Assembly: GCA_021735655.1 (NCBI GenBank)
Contig: JAIPGM010000001.1
Coordinates: 224,001 to 288,000, forward strand
Direction of reading: 5' to 3'
Length of the DNA: 64,000 nucleotides
DNA from: Candidatus Omnitrophota bacterium
GTDB lineage: Bacteria > Omnitrophota > Gorgyraeia > Duberdicusellales > 4484-171
In this document: positions 36,593 to 46,608 of the stretch, piece after piece
How the letters are laid out: every line of letters begins with the position of its first letter
Position numbering within the stretch: the stretch's first letter is position 1
Position numbers and translations under genes: made by a program
The notes under the pieces: generated by a model
What the model saw: only the letters and a program-made list of their open reading frames with translations
Database searches by the model: none
What the model was told of the DNA's origin: nothing

Positions 36593-37425
36593 AAGAGCTT
36601 GTTATTTTATACTCTGGCGGAACAGATTCAACCTGTGCCGCAGCTTTAATGGCTAAAGAGTTTGATAAGATCCATTTATTATCTTATACACGTTTTGGTG
36701 TATTTTCGATAGAAAATTCTAAAAAAAATGTCGAAAGGCTTGTAGAAAAATTCGGTAAAGATAAGTTTATTCATAAAATAATCGATGTAGATAAAATATT
36801 TCGAAAGGTATCGTATTCTAACTACATGCATAATCTTAGAAAACATAAGTTTGTTATGCTTACGATGTGTGGTTTGTGTAAAATAACTTTGCATATTCGT
36901 TCTTTAATGTATTGCTTAGACAATGATATAAAGTATGTGTGTGATGGTGTGGATAAAAGCATGGTTTTATTCCCAACCCACATGAGGGAGGTAGTTGGCT
37001 TAATCAAAGATATGTATTTTCGTTACGGAATTATCTATTCGTTGCCAGTATATGAATGTGGCACCCCTAGAAAAATAGGATATTTTGATAAATATAAATT
37101 AGATTTAAACATTTCAGAGCCAGATAATTTCGCTGTTGATTCTGAGTCGAACAATCCTACAACTGGTGAAATATTGCATAAAATGGGCATTTTTCCTTCG
37201 GATAATATTAAAGGAACAAAGCTTGATCATCAGATGCAGTATAGATGTTTTCAATTTATATTAACTTATATATTAGCACTTTGGTATTATTTGCCAAAAG
37301 ATGGTTATGAAAAATATAAGGATGTGTGTATAGAATTCTATAAAGAAAAGATAAATTATTTTTACCCTTTGTTAGATGAATATTTTAATAAAAAAGAAAG
37401 CAGTAGCCTAGCTAGATTGCGATAA
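36589..37425 (+). CDS. PP-loop superfamily ATP pyrophosphatase (QueC/ExsB-like)
   Basis: 'LVILYSGGTDSTCAAALM' is the SGGxDS PP-loop. Additional Cys are present (MCGLCK). Confidence 0.55.
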   Translation: MKELVILYSGGTDSTCAAALMAKEFDKIHLLSYTRFGVFSIENSKKNVERLVEKFGKDKFIHKIIDVDKIFRKVSYSNYMHNLRKHKFVMLTMCGLCKITLHIRSLMYCLDNDIKYVCDGVDKSMVLFPTHMREVVGLIKDMYFRYGIIYSLPVYECGTPRKIGYFDKYKLDLNISEPDNFAVDSESNNPTTGEILHKMGIFPSDNIKGTKLDHQMQYRCFQFILTYILALWYYLPKDGYEKYKDVCIEFYKEKINYFYPLLDEYFNKKESSSLARLR

Positions 37426-37486
37426 AATTTAAAAATAACGAGCCAGTGTGCAGAATTTGCTAAGGATAATAATTTAAATTAAGCCG

Positions 37487-38464
37487 ATGAAAAATATTGA
37501 GAAAGTAAGATTAGCTTGCGCTTTACTGAGAATAAAATTATTGAAAAAAAGAATACCTTTGATAGTTAGCTGGTCGTTAACCTATAGGTGTAATCATAAA
37601 TGTTTATATTGTGGCATTTGGGAAAAAACTTCGGATGAATTAAGCAACGAACAAATTTTTTCACTTATCGACCAAATGGCGGCGGCAGGGACTCAACGGA
37701 TACATTTTACCGGTGGTGAGCCCTTATTAAGAGATGATATCGATAAGATTCTGATTTATTGTAAAAAAAAGGGAATAAGTACTGCATTGAATTCTAATGG
37801 GTTTTTGATTCCTGAAAAAATAAAATCCCTTATTAATCTCGACTTATTGTCGTTAAGCTTAGATGGGCCAGAAGCGGTGCATGATTCCATCAGAGGTAAG
37901 GGCTCTTACCAACAAGTAATGGGAGCGATAGAGGCAGCTAAGAAAAATAATATAAAAATAAAAATAATAACCGTATTGTCAAAGTTAAATCTAGGCCATA
38001 TTGATTTTATTTTGCATAAAGCGCAGGAATTGAAGATTCCGGTTACTTTCCAACCGACGACGATTTCGGTGCTTGAGGGAAGTAAGCCTAACTCCATTGC
38101 CGCTATCAAAGAAGAGTATAATCAAGCAGTTAGCTATTTAATAAAAGAAAAAAGAAAAAACAAATATATAGGTAATTCTTGTTCAGGATTAAAACATCTT
38201 TATGATTGGCCATCACCGTCAAAAATTTCCTGTGTAAATAGTCGCATTATTTGTCGTCTTGAACCTGATGGCCGTCTTTATGGATGCAATGATTATAAAA
38301 ATAAAGGCCTTGCGGTAGATTGCATAACCCTTGGCTTTAAAAAAGCTTTTGATAGCCTTGTGCCTTTTGCTTGTGATGAATGCTGGTGCGCTTCACTTGT
38401 AGAATTAAACTGTTTATTTGCCATAAAATTAGATACTGTTTTTAGTATTATCAAGTTAATTTAA
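37487..38464 (+). CDS. Radical SAM/SPASM enzyme, family A paralog
   Basis: 'LTYRCNHKCLYCGIW', 'TGGEPLLRDDI' and a SPASM tail (CDECWCASLVELNCL). Confidence 0.8.
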   Translation: MKNIEKVRLACALLRIKLLKKRIPLIVSWSLTYRCNHKCLYCGIWEKTSDELSNEQIFSLIDQMAAAGTQRIHFTGGEPLLRDDIDKILIYCKKKGISTALNSNGFLIPEKIKSLINLDLLSLSLDGPEAVHDSIRGKGSYQQVMGAIEAAKKNNIKIKIITVLSKLNLGHIDFILHKAQELKIPVTFQPTTISVLEGSKPNSIAAIKEEYNQAVSYLIKEKRKNKYIGNSCSGLKHLYDWPSPSKISCVNSRIICRLEPDGRLYGCNDYKNKGLAVDCITLGFKKAFDSLVPFACDECWCASLVELNCLFAIKLDTVFSIIKLI

Positions 38465-38473
38465 TGATATGAA

Positions 38474-39463
38474 ATGAAAAAAGCCGAACTATTAGCTGCT
38501 TATAATTTGTCAAAGGCAAAATTTTTTAGGAAGAAAATTCCTTTAGTGGTCGGATGGTCTGTTACTAATAGATGTAACTGGCACTGTGCTTATTGTACGC
38601 GATGGAGTGATCATTCAGAAGAGCTAGATACAAAACAGATTTATTCTATTTTGGACGAATTATTTCAGATGGGCACCTATAGTATTAATTTTACTGGGGG
38701 TGAACCATTGATAAGAGATGATATAGATAGAATAGTTTATTATGCAAAAAGAAAAGGCATCAACGTAACCATTAGCAGTAACGGTTCGTTAGTATCCCAA
38801 AAGATTAAAGAGATTCGTAAAGCTAACCCCCTTATTATTATAAGCTATGATGGGCCGCAAGATGTGCATGGTAGGCAGAGGCAAAAAGATTCTTATCAAT
38901 CTGTGTTGGATGCGATCGAGGCAGCAAAAAAATGTAATATTTTTGTAAAACTTCATACAGTCTTGACTAGGCATAATATAGAGCATGTTGATTCTATATT
39001 AGATTTTGCCAAAAAGTTGGACCTAACTGTGAATTTTGCTGTTGTCGAGTTCACTCCTTTTAGTAAAGAAGAAGCAGTTAAGACTTTATTGCCACCAAAA
39101 GATAAGTATAAATCAGCACTTAAATATCTCATATTTGAAAAAAGAAAAGGTAATAGTAGCGTTAGTAATTCACTTAGTGGTTTGCAATACCTTGAGCAGT
39201 GGCCTGAGTATAGAAAAATAAATTGCTGTGCTGGAAGAATTTACTGTCGGATTGAGTCCAATGGTGATGTTTTTCCTTGTGGCAATTTAATTTTTAAAAG
39301 CAAACCTCGTAACTGTTTAGAATTAGGATTTAAAAATGCTTTCGAGAATATTGAATTTAATGATTGTAAATCCTGTTGGTGTGATACCAGAATTGAGTTG
39401 AATCGTATATATTCTTTTAATTTAGGAGCTATTTTAGAGGTAAAAAGAACTTATAAATTATAA
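38474..39463 (+). CDS. Radical SAM/SPASM enzyme, family A paralog (tandem with the 37487 gene)
   Basis: 'VTNRCNWHCAYCTRW', 'TGGEPLIRDDI' and a SPASM tail (CKSCWCDTRIELN). Confidence 0.8.
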   Translation: MKKAELLAAYNLSKAKFFRKKIPLVVGWSVTNRCNWHCAYCTRWSDHSEELDTKQIYSILDELFQMGTYSINFTGGEPLIRDDIDRIVYYAKRKGINVTISSNGSLVSQKIKEIRKANPLIIISYDGPQDVHGRQRQKDSYQSVLDAIEAAKKCNIFVKLHTVLTRHNIEHVDSILDFAKKLDLTVNFAVVEFTPFSKEEAVKTLLPPKDKYKSALKYLIFEKRKGNSSVSNSLSGLQYLEQWPEYRKINCCAGRIYCRIESNGDVFPCGNLIFKSKPRNCLELGFKNAFENIEFNDCKSCWCDTRIELNRIYSFNLGAILEVKRTYKL

Positions 39464-39466
39464 TAT

Positions 39467-40846
39467 ATGAAACAGATTGAAACCGAAGTGCTTATTCTTG
39501 GTGGCGGGTTGAGCGGGCTAATAGCCGCAGAGCTTTTATCTAAAGAAAGAAAAAAAATATTTATTTTAGAAAAAGAGTCTGTATCCGGTGGTTTAGCAAC
39601 GACAGTTCAATTCGAGGGCTTTAAGTTTGATATCGGAGGGCATAGAGTTTGTTTTAATAAGTCAGAGAATATAAATTATTTTAAAGATATCCTTGGTGAA
39701 AAAAAGTTTTTATTTTTGAAGAGAAAAAGCAAGATCATGTTTAACGATAGATATGTAAATTACCCCTTGAGCATCGGTACCGCATTTAATGTAAAAAAAA
39801 TGCATTTATTAAAAATAGCTTTTGATAGGCTTGGTGTGTATTTAAAAAGACAAAATAACTTGACTCCAGATAATTTTGAAGATTGGATAAAGATACATTA
39901 CGGGAAAACATTGTACAATATGTTTTTCAAGGAATATACAGAGAAAGTCTGGGGCAGGCCGTGTGGCGAGCTTTCTTCTAGCTTGGGGATAAGGAGAATG
40001 GGTAGTAAAAAACTATCAAAATTAACTAAATGTATTTCTAGGGGTGACGATGCTTTCAGGGAAAGCGCCCGCTCTTTTTATTACCCTCAAGAAGGAATGG
40101 AGGCGTTAATTAATGCTTTCGAGCAAAAATTAGGTACTAGTTGTAATATTCACAAAAATGTTCGAATCGGAAAAATTACCAGGTCTAACGGAGGGCTGAG
40201 CTGTTTATTGGCCAGCTCTAAAGGAGAACCTTACAAGATAAATTTTAAATATATCTTTTCTTCAATACCGCTTACAGAGCTTTTTAAAGCATTATCTATT
40301 GATGGGTTAACTTTGCCTCACAATTTAGAAAAAGGAATACAATATAGAAGTTTAGTTTTGGTAAGTATGATTGTTAATAAGAAAAATATCTCCCGGTGGC
40401 ATTGGTGTTATTTTCCTTCCCGGAAAGTTATATTTTCAAGATTACATGAGCCAAAGTTTTGGAGTAATGGTATGGCTGTAGATGAGAACAAGACATTGAT
40501 ATGTGCAGAAGTGTTTTGTAACTACAATGATTCATGTTGGCTTATGAATGATCGTGACCTAGCAATAGCAGTAAAAGAAGGTTTAAAGATTAATAAATTA
40601 ATCGATAGTGATCAAGATGTAGGTAATTTTTGCGTAAAGAGGATAAGATATGCCTATCCGCTACCAACTTATGAGTATAAAAAATATTTATCCATAGCTA
40701 AAAAGGCACTTAGTTCTTTTAATAATCTTTTTTTAATAGGAAGGAATGGAACCCATTCTTATTTTAATATGGAAGAATGCCTCGATGATGTGAAAGAGAA
40801 GGTTAAATTTTTACATGAAAATAGCAGTAATTATCCCCGTAACTAG
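39467..40846 (+). CDS. FAD-dependent oxidoreductase, UDP-galactopyranose mutase-like
   Basis: 'VLILGGGLSGLIAAELL' is a GxGxxG dinucleotide fold. 'YNMFFKEYTEKVWGRPCGELS' resembles the UGM 'YT.KqWG' block. Confidence 0.55.
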   Translation: MKQIETEVLILGGGLSGLIAAELLSKERKKIFILEKESVSGGLATTVQFEGFKFDIGGHRVCFNKSENINYFKDILGEKKFLFLKRKSKIMFNDRYVNYPLSIGTAFNVKKMHLLKIAFDRLGVYLKRQNNLTPDNFEDWIKIHYGKTLYNMFFKEYTEKVWGRPCGELSSSLGIRRMGSKKLSKLTKCISRGDDAFRESARSFYYPQEGMEALINAFEQKLGTSCNIHKNVRIGKITRSNGGLSCLLASSKGEPYKINFKYIFSSIPLTELFKALSIDGLTLPHNLEKGIQYRSLVLVSMIVNKKNISRWHWCYFPSRKVIFSRLHEPKFWSNGMAVDENKTLICAEVFCNYNDSCWLMNDRDLAIAVKEGLKINKLIDSDQDVGNFCVKRIRYAYPLPTYEYKKYLSIAKKALSSFNNLFLIGRNGTHSYFNMEECLDDVKEKVKFLHENSSNYPRN

Positions 40847-41852
40847 ACCAGAGCAGGCCGCTATCTGCGTAGATGCCCTTTCAAAACAAAGTTTTCTTAA
40901 TTCTGAAATTGAAATTATCCTCATTAAAGATAAGGATCAGGTTATAGAATTAAAAAAAACTGATATAAAGATAATTATTATAGAAGAGGAAAATCCGCAC
41001 CCTGCTTTTCGGAGAAATTTAGGAGTAAAGCTAACTAATGCAAGGATATTGGCTTTTTTGGATGATGATACTATACCTTGCTCAGAGTGGCTTAGCGAAG
41101 CAGTTCGATACATCGAGAAAGAATCGGTAGATGGTGTTTGTGGGCCTGAATTGCAGTCGCAAAATAACTTATCACTGGGTTATACTCTGGCCGGGGCAGC
41201 TAATGAGACTTTTTTTGTAGAAGGAGTTGAGCGGATGAATGTTACTAGTGAGGGGCCAGTAAGATTTTATAATATTCGTTTATGTAATGTGATTATGAGG
41301 CGTAAAGTGTGGGAGGCCGTGGGAGGATTCAATGAAATAGCTAATTATCACATTGATGATATCGAGTTTTTTTATTTGGCTTGTAACAAAAAGTACAGGT
41401 TCCATTATATACCGAAGATGCTAGTTCACCATCGGCCAGAACCATTTCCTTTTAGATACCTAAAAAAGAAGTTTAACGAGCGGTTCTATACGGGCATGAA
41501 TGCTATGATGTTTAGGGAGATTTATTCATTGATTCCTCAGATATGGTTTGTATATTTACTATATCCGATCATAATTCTTATTTTTTTATTATTTTTTAGT
41601 AATAGCATGTATATCATGCCATTTTTAGCAATTTATTTTGGGCTAATTTTGTGGTTTTCCTACCCTTGGTTTCGGAAAAATAAAAAGATTTTTATTCTTT
41701 TGCCGATAGTATTTATATCGACGCATATAGTTGAGCTAATAGGTTTTTTAGCAGGTACTTTTTATTTTTTTGTTAACAGAAATTATGGGGATGTAACCGT
41801 TAGGATTAAACAGGGAAGATTAGAAAAATGCTCCGAAAGTTTGACGTTATAA
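40815..41852 (+). CDS. Glycosyltransferase family 2 with a C-terminal membrane anchor
   Basis: 'IAVIIPVTRPEQ…', 'FLDDD' and 'GGFNE'. The C-terminal third has about 4 transmembrane helices. Its 3' end overlaps the next rSAM gene. Confidence 0.7.
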   Translation: MKIAVIIPVTRPEQAAICVDALSKQSFLNSEIEIILIKDKDQVIELKKTDIKIIIIEEENPHPAFRRNLGVKLTNARILAFLDDDTIPCSEWLSEAVRYIEKESVDGVCGPELQSQNNLSLGYTLAGAANETFFVEGVERMNVTSEGPVRFYNIRLCNVIMRRKVWEAVGGFNEIANYHIDDIEFFYLACNKKYRFHYIPKMLVHHRPEPFPFRYLKKKFNERFYTGMNAMMFREIYSLIPQIWFVYLLYPIIILIFLLFFSNSMYIMPFLAIYFGLILWFSYPWFRKNKKIFILLPIVFISTHIVELIGFLAGTFYFFVNRNYGDVTVRIKQGRLEKCSESLTL

Positions 41853-42904
41853 AATTTATTAAGGGATACTCTAAAAAAAGTCCGCCTACTTATGTTGTTT
41901 TTTTTGTCACTGCTCGATGCAATTTAAAATGCAAAATGTGTTTTTATTGGAAACGCATAGAGAATGCCAAGGCGGAGGAAGAGCTAAATTTAAATGAAAT
42001 AGAAGCTATATCTCGGTCTTTTGATTGGATTATGAATCTTGCTATTTCTGGCGGAGAACCTTTCTTGCGTGACGATCTTGACCAAATTTGTTTTATTTTT
42101 TATAAAAACAATCACTTGCGATTTATGAATATTCCTACAAATGGAAGTTTTCCGGCAAAAATAAGTTTGATGACTGAAAAAATATTGCGACTATGCAAAA
42201 AGTCTACGGTTACAATTGAATTATCTATAGATGGCATCGGAGAAGCTCATGATCATATCAGAGGGGTAGGAGGAAGCTTTGATAAACTTGAAGATACATA
42301 TTGGAGGCTATCAAAGCTAAAGAAAAGGTATGGTAATCTACGATTGGCGGCAGCAACAACTTTTTCTTATTACAACCAAAACCAGCTTAAGGAGATCATT
42401 TCGTATATAAAGCAGAAAAATTTTTTAGATGATTTTACTATATCAACGGTTCATGGTAATCCTAGGGATCCTATGGCGAAGAGTTTCGGGTTAGATAAGT
42501 ATACCGAGGCTATGAATTTACTTTATAAAGATAAATTATGTAGCAAAAAGGCTTTTGAAAGAGGGCTTCGTGCTTTAAGAAAATCAGTCACTCAAGAAGT
42601 TGTTAACGTGATAAAATATGGAAGGTTAAGGTCTCCTTGTACAGCAGGGAATAAAATAATTGTCATAGATGAAACGGGGAATGTTTTTCCTTGTGAGCCA
42701 ATTAGCGAAAGAATAGGCAGCCTTCGTGATGATGGTTATGATATAAAAAAAATAATTTACTCTAAAAAAAGATACGATTTTGAGAAAAAATACAAAATAA
42801 ATTCTGAGTGTAGCTGTAATTGGGAGTGCGCCATCCTTAATAATGTAATTTATAATCCGAAAAATTTGCCATATTTGATTAGAAATTGGTTTATTGGTTG
42901 TTAA
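41828..42904 (+). CDS. Radical SAM/SPASM enzyme, family B paralog
   Basis: 'FVTARCNLKCKMCFYW', 'ISGGEPFLRDD' and a SPASM tail (PCEPISERIGSL…CSCNWECA). Confidence 0.8.
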   Translation: MLRKFDVIKFIKGYSKKSPPTYVVFFVTARCNLKCKMCFYWKRIENAKAEEELNLNEIEAISRSFDWIMNLAISGGEPFLRDDLDQICFIFYKNNHLRFMNIPTNGSFPAKISLMTEKILRLCKKSTVTIELSIDGIGEAHDHIRGVGGSFDKLEDTYWRLSKLKKRYGNLRLAAATTFSYYNQNQLKEIISYIKQKNFLDDFTISTVHGNPRDPMAKSFGLDKYTEAMNLLYKDKLCSKKAFERGLRALRKSVTQEVVNVIKYGRLRSPCTAGNKIIVIDETGNVFPCEPISERIGSLRDDGYDIKKIIYSKKRYDFEKKYKINSECSCNWECAILNNVIYNPKNLPYLIRNWFIGC

Positions 42905-42939
42905 TATATTATAATTAATCTATTCATTTTGGAGTGTTG

Positions 42940-43764
42940 ATGCAAGTTGAAAGTGGGCTGAACGCGATAAGTATAGATGTAGAAGAGTGGTACCAAACAA
43001 CGCTTATCAATGGAAATAATTTTAGTAACACAGAATCTACAAGTTTATTAAAAAATATAGATGAGATATTGTCACTTTTTGAGGAGTGTAACACGAAAGC
43101 TACTTTTTTTATTGTAGGATCAGTAGTTAAGCAATATCCTGATATTGTTAGAATGATAGCTGAGCGAGGTCATGAGTTGGCCAGCCATGGTTATTTCCAT
43201 AAATTAGTTTATAGAATGTCTAAGCAGGAGTTCTCTCGTGACCTTGCCCTTTCGTTAGATGTTTTAAGAGAGAGTGCACAGACGAATATTTTAGGATATC
43301 GTGCCCCGACTTGGTCAATTATTAATGATGCTCATTGGGCGGTAGATATTCTTCAGGCGGCAGGATTAAGGTATGATTCAAGTATTTATCCTTTTAGTTT
43401 TAATTTGATAAAATCTCGAAAATTAGAAAGGTTTCCATATAAAATTAATGATAATTTTATTGAATTTCCGCCCTCTACATTCAAATTTTTGAATTACAAC
43501 TTACCTTTTTGTGGAGGCATGTTTTTACGTAATTTTCCGCTTAGTTTTATCAAGAATAAAATTATTGAGATAAACGCAAAAGGCCATCCGGCCATGGTCT
43601 ATCTACACTCTTGGGAGTTTGATAGTCAGGCAGCTAAGTTCAAAATTCCTAATTGGAAAAGATTGATTCAATATAGTAATATAGGCAGCGTGAAAGGAAA
43701 GCTATTAGAACTTTTGCAAAGCTTTAAATTTACTTCAATAAAAGAAGTTTTACAGCTTAGGTAA
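42940..43764 (+). CDS. Polysaccharide deacetylase (CE4, NodB-like)
   Basis: 'ISIDVEEWYQ', 'TFFIVGSVVKQYP…ERGHELASHGYFH' and the His-box 'YRAPTWS' are present. GGAG lies 5 nt upstream of the ATG at 42940. The ORF track starts at a GTG at 42934. Confidence 0.65.
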   Translation: MQVESGLNAISIDVEEWYQTTLINGNNFSNTESTSLLKNIDEILSLFEECNTKATFFIVGSVVKQYPDIVRMIAERGHELASHGYFHKLVYRMSKQEFSRDLALSLDVLRESAQTNILGYRAPTWSIINDAHWAVDILQAAGLRYDSSIYPFSFNLIKSRKLERFPYKINDNFIEFPPSTFKFLNYNLPFCGGMFLRNFPLSFIKNKIIEINAKGHPAMVYLHSWEFDSQAAKFKIPNWKRLIQYSNIGSVKGKLLELLQSFKFTSIKEVLQLR

Positions 43765-43864
43765 TGTAGCATTAAAAGAAGCGTTTGAATCTTTTTTGCT
43801 TATTTTTTAAAGATGGATTTATGATTATTATTTTTTAAATGTTCACTACTTAGAAAGTATTATT

Positions 43865-45559
43865 ATGATGATTACTCGCAGTCGATTTACAAATTTTATT
43901 TTCTATTTAATTATTTTTTTTGTAGTCTTGCTAGCATGTTTATTTATATTTAATAATATAGCGAAGTTTTCCTATTTAACTTATGATAATGAAGAGAGTG
44001 AGAAAGTGTTGCCAGCATTGGTTATTTATCAGGATTTTCGCTCAGGCGACTTAATTTCCTTTCTCAAGCATACATTCGACCAATCAGTGTACCCTTTTTT
44101 AAATTCCTGGTTTCTAGGCTTATATTATTGTATTTTTGGAGTTAGCATAATTAGTTCTCGGGTTTATAGTTTAATTTGTTACTTTTTTTTCCTTATTGTT
44201 TTATATTTTCTCGGTAGAAAAATATGCAAAAGACCTAGCGCTATTTCAGGTTTGATTCCTTGTTTTTTTGCTTTAACTAGTAGCATAGTGCTTATTTATG
44301 CAGCTAAGAGCACTCTTGAATTACCTTACTTATTTGTAGCCTATTGTACATTTGCTTTGTATCTAAATACAATAAACAAGCCCAGTCGCAATAAATTAAT
44401 CGCAGTGAGTTGTTTGATGGCTGCTGGTTTTTTGATCGAGTATGGCTATGGAATTCTAATGGTAATTACGCTTTTAGCAACTCATTTAATAAATAATGGT
44501 TTCAAAGTCAAAAGTATTATAAACAAATCGGTTGCTTATCTCTTTGGACCTTTCATTGTTCTTTCAATTATATGGCTAAGTTTTCCTTTTCGCTTCGTAG
44601 GCTATGTTAGTAAGATTCCTTTTACCGCTTCTTCTTACCTAAAAATTAAACTGCCCTATAAACTTGCTGGACTTTTATATTTGCCAACCTCAGATGTATC
44701 GCACTATAAGATGTTTAGTTGGGAAAATGCTGTTTATTATTTTAAAATAATTAGTAATCAATTTTCAATTTCGCTTATTGTTGCTTTGCTGCTTCTTGTA
44801 TTTTTTTCAGTTTCTTTTCGTGATATAAAAAATAAGAGAACTAATGTTTTTTTGATATATTTTGTTGTTACAATGATATTAGCTTTCCTTTACCCGATTA
44901 AATCTCATCGATACATAATATCAGCTGTTCCCTGCCTTTGGCTTTTAGCCGGTTATCAGATTAATAATTTAATACTTAAGGCAAAAAAGATGTCGCTTGC
45001 TTATAGATATTTCCTTAATCTATTCGTTGTTTTATTTGTATTTTTACATGTTCCAAGCGTGGTTAATCTATACAAGAATTATCCGCAACGCTTATCATGG
45101 GAATATGAGTCTAAAAAAGATCATTTAGAAGTTTACAATTTCATTCTTTCACATATAGATGTTAATAAAAAAGTAGTTGAAGTTGGGTTCCGTGATCCTC
45201 TTTTGATACAAGGACTTACTTGGCATATTCTTGCTAGGCCTTCCAATAAAGATATAAGCTATGATGACTTAAAATTAAGATCTGTTCCTCTCTGGAATTT
45301 AGCAGACGATAGGTTGTATGATGCTAAACATTTAGTTGCGTCTTTACGAGAATATTTGGATGAAAAGGAAGTTGATTATATTGTTTTTACAGAATGGTTA
45401 GGTGATTCGACAGAACATGGAGACCTTCGATATCAGAAAGTTTTGGCTGTCTGCCGAGAGTTATTGAATAATCAAGATTGCTACAAGATAGTAAGGAAAA
45501 AATTATTTAAAGATATCCAAACCGAGGTAGCTATTTACAAAGCAAATAGTTTTTATTAA
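43865..45559 (+). CDS. Polytopic membrane protein, GT-C-like
   Basis: The N-terminal half has about 10 or more transmembrane segments with an early acidic loop (LTYDNEESEKV). A C-terminal soluble domain follows. Confidence 0.4.
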   Translation: MMITRSRFTNFIFYLIIFFVVLLACLFIFNNIAKFSYLTYDNEESEKVLPALVIYQDFRSGDLISFLKHTFDQSVYPFLNSWFLGLYYCIFGVSIISSRVYSLICYFFFLIVLYFLGRKICKRPSAISGLIPCFFALTSSIVLIYAAKSTLELPYLFVAYCTFALYLNTINKPSRNKLIAVSCLMAAGFLIEYGYGILMVITLLATHLINNGFKVKSIINKSVAYLFGPFIVLSIIWLSFPFRFVGYVSKIPFTASSYLKIKLPYKLAGLLYLPTSDVSHYKMFSWENAVYYFKIISNQFSISLIVALLLLVFFSVSFRDIKNKRTNVFLIYFVVTMILAFLYPIKSHRYIISAVPCLWLLAGYQINNLILKAKKMSLAYRYFLNLFVVLFVFLHVPSVVNLYKNYPQRLSWEYESKKDHLEVYNFILSHIDVNKKVVEVGFRDPLLIQGLTWHILARPSNKDISYDDLKLRSVPLWNLADDRLYDAKHLVASLREYLDEKEVDYIVFTEWLGDSTEHGDLRYQKVLAVCRELLNNQDCYKIVRKKLFKDIQTEVAIYKANSFY

Positions 45560-45569
45560 GATTGTAATT

Positions 45570-46586
45570 ATGAAAAAATTAAAAATATTGTTATCTAAAT
45601 ATGCGTCATTGCTGAGGGCGACATTTTATAGCCGGAGATTACCTAACGCCTTTAAATCTTTGCTTTCTTATATGTTTCGAAGGCCTAAGGCGTGGGGTTT
45701 GCCGCCAATTGTCCAGATAGAACCGACCACTAATTGCAATCTGAAATGTGCCCTGTGCCTTACTGGTAGAGGTCAATTAAAGAGGCTTAAAGGAGATATG
45801 TCTTTTGATTTTTTTAAAGAAATAATAAACCAGCTGGAAGATATCATAATTTACTTAGTTATGTATAATTTAGGCGAACCTTTATTAAATAAAGAAATAT
45901 TCAAAATGATAGAGTATGCAAAGATGAAGAAGATTTTTATTAGACTCAGTACCAATGGTGCATTTTTGAGCAAGCAAGACATAGAGAATTTAGTTAGATT
46001 TAAAGTAGACGAGGTGATTATTTCTCTTGATTGTGCAAATTCAGAGATATACGAAAAGTATAAGGGGAGTGATGGTTTCAAAAAAGTTATTGAAAATACA
46101 GGTTTGCTAATTAAACAGCGGGGAGACAACTTGAAGCCTTTCGTTGATTTGCAAGTTTTAGCCATGAGAGGTATTGAGAGGGACATTATTCATTTTAAGG
46201 AATTAGCACGGAATCTGGGGGTTGATCGGGCCTTAATCAAGAAGTTGCGTGTTAACTTTCCAGGAATTCCTTCAGATGAAAGTTTTTTGCCTAAAAATTC
46301 AAGATATGTTCGAAAAGCATATCGAAAAAAAACTTACAAAAGCAATAATTGCTATAAACTGTGGTTATCAACGCTTATTTTGTGGGATGGGGTGGTTGTT
46401 CCTTGTTGTTTTGATATGGAGGGGCATTATTCTTTAGGAAGTATATTGCAGGTGGAATTGAAGCAAATTTGGAATAGCGATAAGTATAAATTATTTCGAA
46501 AGAATGCATCGAAGGGTGCGGGTAAAACATCTTTGTGCAAAGATTGCAGTTTGGGTTGTTTATCGGGGGATTTATCGCTTTTGTGA
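45570..46586 (+). CDS. Radical SAM/SPASM enzyme (singleton family)
   Basis: 'IEPTTNCNLKCALCLTG' carries CX3CX2C. The C-terminal Cys are 'PCCFDMEG…' and 'CKDCSLGC'. Confidence 0.75.
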   Translation: MKKLKILLSKYASLLRATFYSRRLPNAFKSLLSYMFRRPKAWGLPPIVQIEPTTNCNLKCALCLTGRGQLKRLKGDMSFDFFKEIINQLEDIIIYLVMYNLGEPLLNKEIFKMIEYAKMKKIFIRLSTNGAFLSKQDIENLVRFKVDEVIISLDCANSEIYEKYKGSDGFKKVIENTGLLIKQRGDNLKPFVDLQVLAMRGIERDIIHFKELARNLGVDRALIKKLRVNFPGIPSDESFLPKNSRYVRKAYRKKTYKSNNCYKLWLSTLILWDGVVVPCCFDMEGHYSLGSILQVELKQIWNSDKYKLFRKNASKGAGKTSLCKDCSLGCLSGDLSLL

Positions 46587-46608
46587 TAGCAGAATTAATT
46601 GAATATTT

